From: Utricularia gibba
Taxonomy: Eukaryota > Plantae > Magnoliophyta
Direction: 5' to 3'
Assembly: GCA_002189035.1 (NCBI GenBank)
Contig: NEEC01000009.1
Span: 682,001-746,000, forward strand
Length of the DNA: 64,000 nt
Part shown: positions 49,501-61,219 of the stretch, one piece after another
How positions within the stretch are numbered: the first letter of the stretch is position 1
Layout: every line of letters starts with the position of its first letter
Position numbers and translations under genes: made by a program
Notes under the pieces: generated by a model
What the model was told of the DNA's origin: nothing
The model's database searches: none
Seen by the model: only the letters and a program-made list of their open reading frames with translations

Positions 49501-51647
49501 TTTTGTAATGCAGGTATCGCCTTTCATTGTTCTCTCATTGGAAACAAAGGGGGATGTATGCCACATGTATGTGGATTGTGCACCTGCTTCTAGTCGCAAG
49601 CCGAACGGACTCGGTCTTCACCTACATTCCTGAATATTATCTAGAAACCCTGGTACACCTGCCTTGCTTTATTTTCATGCATCTTTTTGCAATTATCGTA
49701 TGTTTGGTAAATTTCTGTTGATATTCCACTCATGTGTCACAACTTCTTTAATTTTTTTCGATTACTCTCGCTGTTCTGGAATCTAAATTTTCCAGGTTGG
49801 ATTATCTTGACACCGTGCAAATCTAGTGTTTTCTTTTGTTGCATTGCTTACCGTCCTGAGAAGAGCAATAAGTTGTATGTCCCCTTATTAACTGGATTTG
49901 CACGGTGTTGTGGGTGTGGGAAGTAATGCATTTTGCCTCAATGATGTTTGTTTATGTACCCTGGCAGGTTGATTTGTTTCATGTATTACGTAAGAGCGAT
50001 CCTCCGTTTGTTGCTGCATCGATATTCATTAAGCAGGGCCTCGCATCATTTGTAAGTCTCCACACAAGCAATCTCTCTTTTGTATAATGGTTCCCCCTCC
50101 TAAATGGAGCTTTAGTTAAGATACTCTTTCTGCATCCTAGTTCTTTTGCACTGAAGGATATTAAGCATTGGCAGAGGAATGTTTTAACTTAATTCGCTTA
50201 TTATCAGGTCACATTTTTAGTCACTCACTTCAACGATTCGAGGATATCCAGTGCTGAGTTAAAAGATCAGCTCCTTCAGTCAATTGCAGTGCTGTTGCAA
50301 TACAAGGAATTCTTGGCGGCTTTTGAGTGCAACAAAGCAGCTACACTTGAGATGCCAAAAGCCTTATTTGCTGCTTTCGATAATAGATCCTGGATTCCTG
50401 TCACCAATATATTGCTAAGGCTATGGAAAGGTTCAGGTTTCATTTTCCCAAAACATGGAGAGTCATCTTCCTCTTCTATTTTATTTCAGGTCAGAAGAAG
50501 TTTGCCCTTCAACTCAGCGTTCATTCTTCTTTCGTTCTGCGTCTGTTGACTCGTTAGTTTATCTTTAGAAACTTCTGTTGGAGGCGTGCACAAGTGATGA
50601 ACAATTATTCTCAACTTTTCTCAACCGCTTATTCAACACTCTCAGCTGGGCCATGACCGAATTCTCGGTCTCTGTTCGAGAAATGCAAGAGAACTACAAG
50701 GTCCGTTTCATCCATTCTGCTTGATCAGTTGTTTTGCATGTCTGCACATCGTTTAAATGCGCTGACTTATCACTTTCAGTTGATGGATATCCAACAAAGA
50801 AAATGCAGTGTAATATTCGATCTTTCCTGCAACCTTGCAAGGGTGTTGGAGTTTTGTACCCGTGATATACCTCAAGCCTTTGTTTCTGGAAATGACATGA
50901 ATTTAAGAAGACTTGCTGAACTGATTATTTTCGTTTTGAACCACTTGATACGTTCAGTCGATCCAGAAACTCTTGACTTGTAAGTCCACGATTATTTGTT
51001 TTCTGTGCATCACATATAGCAGTTACTTGATCAAGCTGGAAGCTCATGTGAGGGTTTTGGTCATCATCTTCTTGGTTTACAGATCACTTAGACGGCCAGG
51101 TTACTCCTCCGAAAAGGTGAACACCGGCATGATTCTAGCCCCACTCGCCGGCATCATCTTGAACTTGCTGGATGCTAATCAACCGGCAAACAATGACATA
51201 GTTTCAACCTTTGCACGGATGGACTGTGCAGACACCATCCTGATCGGGTTTCAGTATCTTCTCGAGTACAATTCGGTATGTGGCCCCGGCATGTCTTCCA
51301 CTCGTTCTGCAACCACATGCTCATAGTTGTGTTCCCTGTAGGTTGGTTTGAACAAGGGGGACGATGACTCCATCGACAAGCTGATGAAGCTGGAGCAGTT
51401 CTCGAACCTCTTGATCTCTCAGTCGGAGTTGCAAGCAGCCGAGAAGAGTGTTCATGGAGTGGAGCGAGAAGCAGACGATGGCATCTGCTGCATATGCTAC
51501 ACAAATCCAGCAACTGCTCGCATCACTCCTTGCCGGCACGTCTCCTGTTACAGTTGCATTTCCAGGCATCTCCTCAACTGCCAGAGATGCTTCTTCTGCA
51601 ACGCCACCGTCGTTGACATCTCCCAAGAAGGTGCAGATTCCATGTAG
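46507..51647 (+). CDS. RKP: RKP (KPC1-related) SPRY and RING E3 ubiquitin ligase, multi-exon
   Basis: SPRY motifs FSSVRANACVW.GKWMYEV.LETSG.QQLGWAT and GDVIGCCIDLD, then YPAISLSQGE and C-terminal RING CCICY...A...PC.H.SCY.CI.RHLLNCQRCFFCNA. One -1 at C-run 46701-46703. Confidence 0.95.
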
Positions 51648-51963
51648 TGGCGCAGAAACCCAAGGCTGCTGCGGAAAATGGGAGCTACGCATTTCTAGCA
51701 GATGATGAATACAAATAATCCATGCCCATGTAGTTCGGGTATGCTCCATGTATACTACCAACTACATGCTGTGAGGGTTTGGAAAGGAACCCGTGGATTC
51801 ACGAATGAGTTTTGCAGGGAAGAAGCTTAGGGGGGATGTGTTGTAAATAGAGAGGTGCTACAGTGCCATGTTCTACACCGTTAATAATGGCTCCAAATAC
51901 TACTGGTTAATAATGGTTTCAAATGGGAATTAGGCATTTGCGGCATTTTGTGTCGTTGCGGAG

Positions 51964-53025
51964 ATGTTGAGTTCCTCGAGGGTGCTGGCTTCGCCGCCGC
52001 CCAGATGCGGCGCCGTCGTCGTTTCTTTCCGTCGCTGTTTCGGTGTCAGACTACGCGCCTGCCGGCGTTTCGCTTCCTTGACGATTAGGTCGTCCGCCGC
52101 CGCTGAACCGTCCGATGAGTCTCAGTTCATTTCATCGGTTGGGTCTCCCACTGTAATTCACCCCCCGAGGTTGGCCGCCGATCAGCGGGAGATGCAGTTG
52201 CTCAGCTACGCTGCTTTCGCCGTGAGTCATTTCCTGATTCCAATTTGTTTTTCGCTTGCGGTTGCGATTCGGCTGTGTATGCGTGCGTGTTCTTTTAGAT
52301 TGTTCATCTTCTCCCCTTGGTCTGTGTCTGCAGGCCGCTACTTCCGCTACACTGCTTTTCTGCGCTGCAATTCCAACCCTACTGGTTCGTCATGTCTGCA
52401 ATTACTCGTCTGTTACCATCCCTACTATATCTGCTTCTGGGTGTTGAAGCTTTTGGTGTGTTTTCGCATTCAAGGCATTCAAGAGAGCTGCGGAGTCACT
52501 GGAGAAACTTATGGATACCACAAGGGAGGAGCTCCCGAGCACAATGGCCGCCATTCGACTCTCCGGCATGGAGCTCAGCGACTTGACGATGGAGCTCAGT
52601 GACATTAGGTCGGTTTCACAGCACCCAACCACAACCTCACAATATCTTGAACAGCAGCATGATGCTTCCTCTACCTTTCTTTGCAGTCAAGGAATCACAC
52701 GCGGCGTCCGGAGTTCCACTCAGGCGGTTCATCTAGCCGGCGAGCGACTGAAACGGCTGGCCAATGTTAACTCATCAGGTTACTACAACACCAATGTGAC
52801 TGGGTCCTGATTATGAGCCTGTGATATGGATTCATTCGATCTCTCTCTCAAATAGCAACATCGCAGGAGGTGGCGCCACACGGACGTGAACCAGCTGTGG
52901 CTAAAACTGCGAGAACGTTGAGGGAAGGAATCGCCAAGGGCCGCGGGCTTCTCCAAGCCTTCTTCCTTCTAACACAGTACTCTAAATCCCTGCTCAGCTT
53001 CCTAGTTTCCAGAGCAAAAGCATGA
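51964..53025 (+). CDS. Uncharacterised plastid-targeted membrane protein (At5g09995-like), 5 exons
   Basis: Transit-like N-terminus, AAIPTL|AFKRAAESLEKLMDTTREELP.TMAA.RLSGME.SDLTMELSD|.QGIT.GV.SST, stop at 53023-53025. Confidence 0.85.
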
Positions 53026-53265
53026 TGAGATCCCGGGTTCGCAAGGTTATCCTTGATGAAACAAATGGATATCAAGTTTTACAACTGATTTTCCAGGTTA
53101 TGCTCACTGTCTATATCCATCATACATCATAGATACAGCCAAAGGGGGCCTCATTACATCACAAGTGGAAAGGAGTCACAGTAGAAGAATCACACAGCTC
53201 CACACCAAAAGGAAGCTGTTGGTTCTTGTGTCCATGTGTAGGAACCCGGACCACCCCCTTTCCTC

Positions 53266-53870
53266 CTAGTCTTGCTTATCCTGCTGCGCCTTCCTGTGGG
53301 AGTTTTTGGAGCTGGAATCAAAACCGAAGCATTTAAAAATGGCTTTCATGTACCCACAGGGATGAATCTGGCCGCGGAGGAACTGCACAACTACAGGGTC
53401 CTGGGACTCATCTCCATCCCTATCTTCTTCGGTAGCCAAGCAGTCCTCCCTTCCTCTACCCCCTTCTTCCCCAACATCTTCATCCTGGATGCCAAGAAAA
53501 AAAAAAGTCAGCTTCTCCATGCTACAACAGATTCAACCCCATACTATATACAGGATTGCGCTCCAATCATCATCAAACTTTGCAAATTATGCCTCACTCT
53601 GGCCTCGAGCGAAGAAGCTGTCAATTTTGCTTTTTAAAAAGGAACCCATTGAAATGAACGAACCTTGATTACGCTGATCAAAGAATCCGAATTCACGGGA
53701 GCAGCGCTGGAGAAGGCTGAGGACGTCGGCGGTGCGGCGGAAGCGTCTAAAGTAAGGAGAGTAACAACGAAGAAGAGGAGAATGAAGAGAAGAAACGTGA
53801 CGACAAGTTGGATCCAAAACAACCATGGGACTTTGAAGCCATCGAGCATCAGTTCATCCCCATACTCCAT
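53266..53870 (-). CDS. Uncharacterised plant single-TM protein, ~3 exons
   Basis: MEYGDELMLDGFKVPWLFWIQL + TM, C-terminal HPC.Y.KA..KCFGFD. The middle exon phase is unresolved. Confidence 0.7.
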
Positions 53871-54487
53871 TCTCTTCTACACCTCCTCCCAGAGAAAATT
53901 CCCTCTATGAATCTTCCCTCAAAGTCGGCGACTAGGGGGAGAAAAAGTAGAGGGAGGGTGATGCGGAGACAAACACATGCGTTGGCGTCCACGCTGAGGC
54001 CCGGAGTCCAAGAAGATGTCGTGCTATTTCACTTTAGGTCCTTCGCTTTAGAGGGAATAACAGATAGGGACTTGAGATCTACCGTAATTCGCAGACGCCA
54101 CAACCGCATCCCACCAGGCTTTCAGGGTCGATGTGCTCCATATTTAGTAGAAAAGAAACCAAATGAAGGGTAACCAATTTAGGGTTTGGTGTGCACAAGC
54201 ATCAACTGTCTTCTTTCCGCCCATTTTGACGGCTGACTGGGTCGCCCGACCTAAAAAGGGGAGGATTACTCACACGTGCTTCAAATCAAACGATGGTTCC
54301 CAGCAACATCGATCGGTTCTGCAGTTTAAACACCATGAGTACACCAGAGCCACACCTCCGGATCCAATTATCTTCAGCACTACAACAAATTGAACCCGGA
54401 AATGGGGAAAACGTATATCATAAACGGCAATCTAAGCACCATCAAAATTCTACCAAATTCGTACCGAAGCCACAGCACCCGACCGAC

Positions 54488-54552
54488 GGCGGAGACGACA
54501 GACCGGTTCCCGGAGGCGGAGACGACAGGCCGGTTCCCGGAGGCAGAGACGA
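54488..54552. repeat. 27-bp GC-rich tandem repeat, about 2.4 copies, probably in the leader of the upstream minus-strand gene
   Basis: GGCGGAGACGACAG[A/G]CCGGTTCCCGGA at 54488 and 54515, partial at 54542. Confidence 0.85.
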
Positions 54553-54634
54553 GGAGGAAACGGAAACGAAAATGAAATCTTCTGCGGTTTGTCCAGATTC
54601 TTGCCCACTACGAAAAATGAAAAATGAAATCTAT

Positions 54635-54750
54635 TGGGCCATGTTTGGGCTTCATGGACCACTGCTTAATGGGCCAACATCCAACATATCCACTTCGGCT
54701 AACCAGTTTTTGGGCCGTGAGGATGAAAGCCCAGCTTTTGTGAAACCCTA
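54635..54750. promoter_or_regulatory. Site II (TGGGCY) cluster plus telo-box
   Basis: TGGGCC/T at 54635, 54646, 54670 and 54711, AGCCCA at 54728, AAACCCTA at 54743. Confidence 0.6.
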
Positions 54751-55801
54751 ATATTTAAATATTGAATATTAAAATACAGGTAGCATCGAGAGATGCAATC
54801 AAGCATTATGAAGCATAAAAGGAAAGAGCCTTGACTGATCCCATTGATTGCAGACGATGAACCCGGTCTCTGTCGCAGAACCATTGATTGCAGGTCTCAA
54901 GCACGCATTCAAGACACCATTTGACCAGCTTGACCCGTTTCGCCCGTTCGGGACTTCCGTCGAACAGGTGGCGGGTGTGAAGAATTAAATCTGCACCCGA
55001 CAAGATTCACTCGAAAAAAACGAAACACGATTTCGTAGATCTCCGCGACGGCCCCTCCGGCGCCGCCCCAGCCCAGACAAGTCAAAACCCCATCCCAGAC
55101 AGCCCCTGAAATAATTCGCCTCATCAACATCGAAACCCCCAGCCGATCGCATTAAAACGATTCACACCAAGCGCGATTGCCGCCACCTGCACAACACACA
55201 AACAGCTACTCCCGCCACGTTGATCTCCATTAACCCCCTCTTCGGGATTAAACCGTAAATGCTCCGGGTCGGGTCAATGGGTAACCCAAATTATAAACCC
55301 GAAAGTGTCAACACCGTACATCCCTATTAAAAATATTACTATTTTTTTAAATGGGTTGAATATCGACGTATCTCCTGAGCGGCGTGTGACACTTGATTTG
55401 ACCGGCGGTGACAACTACAATTACATGTCTTGTTGCACCAAGGAAGGGGGCGGATAACACATATGTCACCTCAAATAAAAAATTTATAATTTAATATTGA
55501 GGAAGATTTCCAATTTCATAACTATAATTGATACATGCTCTGCACAACCATACTGTCCCGATTACTTATATAATATTTACATTGTAGGAAATAAGTACAG
55601 GCGTGGCAGATGTGAGTGATTAAGGACAGGATTAGCAGACTAATTAAGTCCATCTTTGACTGGAAAAACCAAAAGCAATTTTGTTTGCTGAGCATTGATG
55701 ACGTGAAATGTGTTATCGTACGAATTACATCAGATCTCGTAGTTGGACACTGGGAAAGCTGCGGCTACCGGCCGGCCGTCACCCCCTAGACACAACCCTA
55801 C

Positions 55802-55802
<1 letters not shown>

Positions 55803-55835
<33 letters not shown>
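55803..55835. repeat. (CTG)11 microsatellite
   Basis: Eleven perfect CTG units. Confidence 0.95.
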
Positions 55836-55839
<4 letters not shown>

Positions 55840-57458
55840 GTAACGGGGTGATTAAATGTAAAAAACCCAATTTTAATGGTGGGAATCAGATCAGATCTCA
55901 ATCGGTACGAACGGTAATACAGGTTTAATGCAATGAGGGCAACCGCACAGTGCTTGTTTGTGGTGGCGCCGGAATTGGAACAGAAGATGGGTAGGCCATC
56001 AGACGTCTTTTTCCGACCTTGATGGTTGGAGTTGGAAGCATCGGTTACGTGAGTGAAAAGTATATTACGTGGAGATGGCGGTGGTGGGTTCCGACGGCGC
56101 CGCCGGTGGGATCATGTGTTGATATTATATTATATTGACAGTGAGGTAAATCCCGGTGCGGGCAGGGCAGAGCAGAGCAGAGAGAGGAAGGCAGTGGGAA
56201 GATGGGAACGGGAAGGGTCCCCTGAGATTTTTCACGTGACCGTGTTTCCTGGAGTGGCTGGCCCGCTTTAGCTCATTCAATTTCCTCGAACCGCCATCGA
56301 TCCCCGAGCTTGGAGCTACACCAACACAACAAGGAAAGGAAAGGAAAGGAAAGCCAGCCAAATCTTATCACCCCTCTGTAAATCTCTCCCGTCCTTTTCC
56401 TTCTCCGTGTGTACATAAATGGCGTGGGGCACACACTGACACACCCACCCACCCCCACACACACACACGGGCGTACGTAGGAGGAGACGGTGGACGGACT
56501 GCGGGGGAAGGGAGAGAGGGAGGGGTTTAGGTTTAGGGGGGTTTTAGGCCTGGGAAGGATGAGGGCGAAATGACGTGGGAAGGGTGGTCAGGCCGGCAAC
56601 TGTTAGTGAATAGAGTTGCAGCAGCAGCGCCCAGCTGAGCTGAGCTGAGAGAGCGCACAGGAGCGGGTTCAGAACCTGCCATTCAAATCTCTGCTCCATC
56701 GCTTTCCTCCTTCGTGCCCCACGTCGGAGATTGCGCCGGATCTACAGGCCCATCCTCTTTTATTGCCCCGCCTGTTTCTCAACACCGCCCCCCGCCCAAC
56801 GGATGCCTCCACACCCAATCAAAAAGAAAGAAATCCCGATGTTCATCGCATCGCCACCGCCAACCTCCTCATCCCCGCCCCGCGACTGAAACCCTCCCAA
56901 TTCGGCTCACGGTACCATACAACCCTCCAGTTGTCTTCCCATCGGCCGCCATGCACCACCACCTTTTGGGGCAAATCCACGTGGAAAAATCCAAAATGTC
57001 CTCCTGCTTCTGCATGCTGTCTTGTATTTTTCAATCATCCCTTAGGCGTTTATTTAATTCAGTTATTTAACTAATTCTGAAAAAAAAAGATATTGCTGAT
57101 TTTATATATATATTCAAAAATTCGAATAAAAATTTAATTAAACCCATTTATTACTACTAAAGTGGTTGTAAATCACCCTGTAAGAATGAGGTCAGAGTGG
57201 AATACGGACAAGCTAAAAAGGAAATAATAAATAATATTCAACTTTAAGTGGATGAAAATATGCGAGATTTCGGGCAATATTTTCCCCAAATTAATGAAAC
57301 AGTACCGGAATTTAGAATTTTTTTTACCTTTTTTTTAATGGGGTTTGGTTGTTTAAAAATGACTATAAAATCCCCCTTGAGGAGCCCTGATTTCCTTCAG
57401 GGAGGGACCTGTTAAGTCCTAAACAGTGTGGAGTTTGAGTGAGTTAAGTGCGGCCACG

Positions 57459-59132
57459 ATGGAGTTGGCGACTAAGGATTCGCGGTGGTGGGTGTTTATG
57501 CTCCCTGCGTTTCTTGGATCCAAGACACTTGTGGACGAGTACGTGGTTTTGTCAGTGTTTCTGGCATTTCTCTCCGTCGCGATTCTCACCTGGTTTTACT
57601 CCCCTGGCGGCGGCGCCTGGAAGCACCGCAGGAACAGTGCAGGCCCAGCACAGATTCCTGGGCCAAGGGGGATTCCGGTTTTCGGCAGTTTGTTCAGTCT
57701 GAGCCGTGGCTTGGCTCATCGTACTCTGGGCAGAATGGCAGAGACAATGAACGCAAAGCAGTTGATGGCGTTCAGCATTGGGGCAACGCCGGCGGTGGTG
57801 ACTTCCGACCCGCAAATCGCCAAGGAGATTCTGATGTCGCAGCATTTCGCAGATAGGCCGATTAAGCAATCGGCGCGTAGTTTGATGTTCACTCGAGCGA
57901 TGGGCTTCGCTCCCAACGGTACTTATTGGCGTCTTCTCCGCCGTATCGCCGCGTCCCATCTCTTCGCCCCGCGGCAAATCGCCACCCAGGAATGCGGTCG
58001 TTTGTATGATTGCGCTGTGATGGTTAAGGGGATTTCGGGGGATATGGCCCGTGACGGCGTTGTCTCCGTGAGGAAGCATTTACAGGCGGCGTCCCTGAAT
58101 AATATAATGGGCAGCGTTTTTGGAAAGAGGTACGACGCTGCGGCGGAGGGAGAGGAGCTTAGACAACTTAAGGAAATGGTGAGGGAAGGATTCGAGTTGC
58201 TCGGAGCTTTCAATTGGTCGGATTTTCTGCCGTGGATGGCGTACGTTTACGACGCATATCGTATTGTCAGCCGCTGCGAGAAACTCGTTGTTCGTGTGAG
58301 GAAATTGGTGAAGGGCATTATCGAAGAGCACAGAGCGAGGGAGAAGAACGCATCGGGATCCCAGGATTTTGTGGATATCTTACTTTCCTTGGACGGCGAT
58401 GAGAAGCTCGGAGAAAATGACATGATCGCCGTTTTATGGGTAAGTTTTGTCGTCAAGTGCGTGCATTTGCTCTGTTTCGAACTTAAGGGGATTTGTTTTC
58501 TGCAGGAAATGATTTTCAGAGGAACAGATACAACAGCTTTACTGACAGAATGGGTTATGGCGGAATTAATTCTGCACCCTGAGATTCAATCCAAACTTAG
58601 GCAAGAACTCGACGCCGCCGTCGACAGCAAACCTTCACTAACCGCCGCAGACCTCGCGTCGCTGCCGTATCTTCAAGCGGTGGTGAAAGAAACTCTCCGT
58701 GTGCATCCTCCAGGCCCGCTTCTCTCATGGGCTCGTCTCTCCACCGCCGACGTTCATCTCAGCAACGGAATGGTCGTCCCCGCCGCCACAACCGCCATGG
58801 TCAACATGTGGTCAATCACGCACGACCCCGAGTTCTGGGAAAACCCACTCCAGTTCAAGCCGGAGAGATTCGTACCGAGCATGGGCGGCGAGGATATCGA
58901 CGTCCGCGGCGGCGATCTCCGACTCGCCCCGTTCGGCGCCGGGCGCCGCGTTTGCCCTGGGAAAAATCTCGGCATGGTCACAGTTACGCTGTGGGTGGCG
59001 GAGCTCGTCCGCCACTTCGAATGGATCGAGGACTCCAAGAATCCGGTTGATTTGACGGAGTTGCTGAAACTGTCGTGCGAGATGAAATGCCCGCTCTCCG
59101 CCGTGGCGCTCGATCGGAAACTTGCTTACTAG
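57459..59132 (+). CDS. CYP78A: Cytochrome P450 CYP78A (CYP78A7/KLUH-like), 2 exons, intron 58440-58505
   Basis: PGPRG.P.FGS, FADRP.KQSA..LMF.RAMGFAP.G.YWR, VLW|[19 protein letters not shown] and heme motif [11 protein letters not shown]. Confidence 0.96.
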   Translation: MELATKDSRWWVFMLPAFLGSKTLVDEYVVLSVFLAFLSVAILTWFYSPGGGAWKHRRNSAGPAQIPGPRGIPVFGSLFSLSRGLAHRTLGRMAETMNAKQLMAFSIGATPAVVTSDPQIAKEILMSQHFADRPIKQSARSLMFTRAMGFAPNGTYWRLLRRIAASHLFAPRQIATQECGRLYDCAVMVKGISGDMARDGVVSVRKHLQAASLNNIMGSVFGKRYDAAAEGEELRQLKEMVREGFELLGAFNWSDFLPWMAYVYDAYRIVSRCEKLVVRVRKLVKGIIEEHRAREKNASGSQDFVDILLSLDGDEKLGENDMIAVLWVSFVVKCVHLLCFELKGICFLQEMIFRGTDTTALLTEWVMAELILHPEIQSKLRQELDAAVDSKPSLTAADLASLPYLQAVVKETLRVHPPGPLLSWARLSTADVHLSNGMVVPAATTAMVNMWSITHDPEFWENPLQFKPERFVPSMGGEDIDVRGGDLRLAPFGAGRRVCPGKNLGMVTVTLWVAELVRHFEWIEDSKNPVDLTELLKLSCEMKCPLSAVALDRKLAY

Positions 59133-59798
59133 ACGCCAGTCATGTTGGAGTCTTTCCATTTTCCAATAATTCCCTTACGGCTTAGAGTTGCTATAAGAGG
59201 GTAGTCGTGTCTACTTATCTAGCGTTTTTTTGGTGCGTCTCTTCTTCTTAATATATTAAATAATTTAATTTATCTTTAAATAAAATTAATATTCTCTCAA
59301 AACACACTTTTTTTGTCAATATATTTTTTTAAATAAACCTACATATATCTAATTATATTTACAAAATTTGATAAAAAAAATATTCTATATAATTTTTTAA
59401 AGCATGTAATGAATTAATTATTTATTTCATGTTAATATAGCTCATCAAAAACCTTAATTTCTCGTTTGCTAAATAACATACAACTTGTCTAAAACGTTTC
59501 ATTTCATTGTGTACACTATTTTTTTCATTTTACATTCTTTTTTTTAAAATCAGGGAAAATATTTATCAGTTTTTAATTAACAAAATGATGTGGATAATTC
59601 ATTAAAAAACAAATTATCTACAAAAAGTAAATATTATATATATTTTTTAAATCAGCGGTTGTCTAAAATAAAACTAAATAATAAAATAAGAATAACAATT
59701 TAGGTAATAAATTGATTTCCTGGAAAAAAAAAAGGGAAAATGGGATGATTTTAAATTAGGCGATTCATTGCTTTTGATGCGTGTGGCAACTGGGAACG

Positions 59799-60938
59799 AT
59801 GGAGTCTTCGGTGGGTGGTATCTCCGCTGAAGCAACGGGGATTGATGGCGGCTGCTTGTCGCCGGATGCAACAAGTCCTCCGGGGAACGGAATTTTTGTT
59901 TCCAGCTCCTGTTTAGGGCTGCCGATCATCCCCAATCTTCCAGATGATGTTTCGATCCAAATTCTAGCGCGAGTCTCCCGCTTTCTGTACCCAATAATCT
60001 CCCTAGTTTCTAAGTCATGGCGTTCGGCTTTGAATTCTCCGGAGATTTTCAGGGAAAGAGCTTTTCTCGGCACGTGGGAATCATCAATTTTCCTTTGTAT
60101 TCGTAAAGATTCTTGCTTCAGTTGGTATTCCGTAAAGCGGATGGCCATTCCTCTCCCTCCTATTCCTCATCACCTCGTTGGATCATCGGTGGTGTCTGTT
60201 GGACCTAAATTTTTTGTCATCGGTGGATCAATCAGGGATAATCCCAGTAACATTACTTGTGTGTTTGATTGCAGATTTAATCGATGGGAATTGGGGCCTA
60301 AAATGCGTGTTTGCCGTGAATTCTCTGCCGCAGGGGAATATAACGGAAACATACTTGTTATAGGCGGTTGTAATGTGAATAATTTGGCAGGAATAATGAA
60401 CTGGGCCGAGGTTATTGATCCTAAACAAGGGATAACAACTGGTGTCCCTTGTCCAGTTGAGGTGAAGCACAAGTGGATGCACGCAAGTGCAATGATGGGA
60501 AGTAAGTTCTATGCGATGGCAGATAGGGGTGGTGTAGTTTATGACGTGGTGAATGGGGAATGGTCAAATGTGCCCAAAAGACTGGATCTTGGGTGGAGAG
60601 GTAGAGCTGCTATGGTGGGCAATGTACTGTATTGTTATGACTACTTGGGAAAGATTAAGGGATATGATAGCCAGAGGGATGTATGGTTGGAGTTGCGCGG
60701 GTTGGAAAAGAGTTTGCCAAGGTTCTTGTGCAGTGCCACAATGGCTAACATGGGTGGAAGGTTGTGCGTAGTTTGGGAAGAGAAGAAAAATGGGAAGGAG
60801 TTGGATATATTATGCGCTGAAATTGAAGTAAGGACTGATGGTGATGGTGGTTTGCGTGGGACACTACTGAGGCTTGATGTTATTCTCGTGTTACCGAAAC
60901 CCGTTGCAATTTCCCATTGTTTAGGAGTGACATTTTGA
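59799..60938 (+). CDS. SKIP6: F-box/kelch-repeat protein (SKIP6-like), intronless
   Basis: F-box IPNLPDDV..QILARV..VSKSWR, kelch IGGS and FDCRFN.W, KWMHAS and RLDLGWRGRAA.VG.VLYCYDYLGKI.GYD. Confidence 0.9.
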   Translation: MESSVGGISAEATGIDGGCLSPDATSPPGNGIFVSSSCLGLPIIPNLPDDVSIQILARVSRFLYPIISLVSKSWRSALNSPEIFRERAFLGTWESSIFLCIRKDSCFSWYSVKRMAIPLPPIPHHLVGSSVVSVGPKFFVIGGSIRDNPSNITCVFDCRFNRWELGPKMRVCREFSAAGEYNGNILVIGGCNVNNLAGIMNWAEVIDPKQGITTGVPCPVEVKHKWMHASAMMGSKFYAMADRGGVVYDVVNGEWSNVPKRLDLGWRGRAAMVGNVLYCYDYLGKIKGYDSQRDVWLELRGLEKSLPRFLCSATMANMGGRLCVVWEEKKNGKELDILCAEIEVRTDGDGGLRGTLLRLDVILVLPKPVAISHCLGVTF

Positions 60939-61219
60939 AAGTGAGTCTGAGGATTTAAGACCTGCTAAATCATCAAGCTTCGCTTAAGAATCGGTTCTTT
61001 TGACTGTTGCGTGCACTTCATTTGGCAATTCTAATAGAGATAAAGAAATAACATGTGCAAGGAACATCATTACAGTGACTGTTTGTTGGTACGCAAGATC
61101 TCAAACTTTGTGAAGGAAGCCGCGGTTGTTTATTGTGACAGCCGAATCTTTCCGGCAGTTTAAGAAACTGTGACAGAAAGAACTGACAAATGAAGGTATT
61201 GGGCAATACTTTGTTCCTT

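Noticed and set aside
57485-59159. Multiple overlapping and antisense ORFs within CYP78A and other GC-rich exons
   Set aside because: They are shadow ORFs of GC-rich codon usage.
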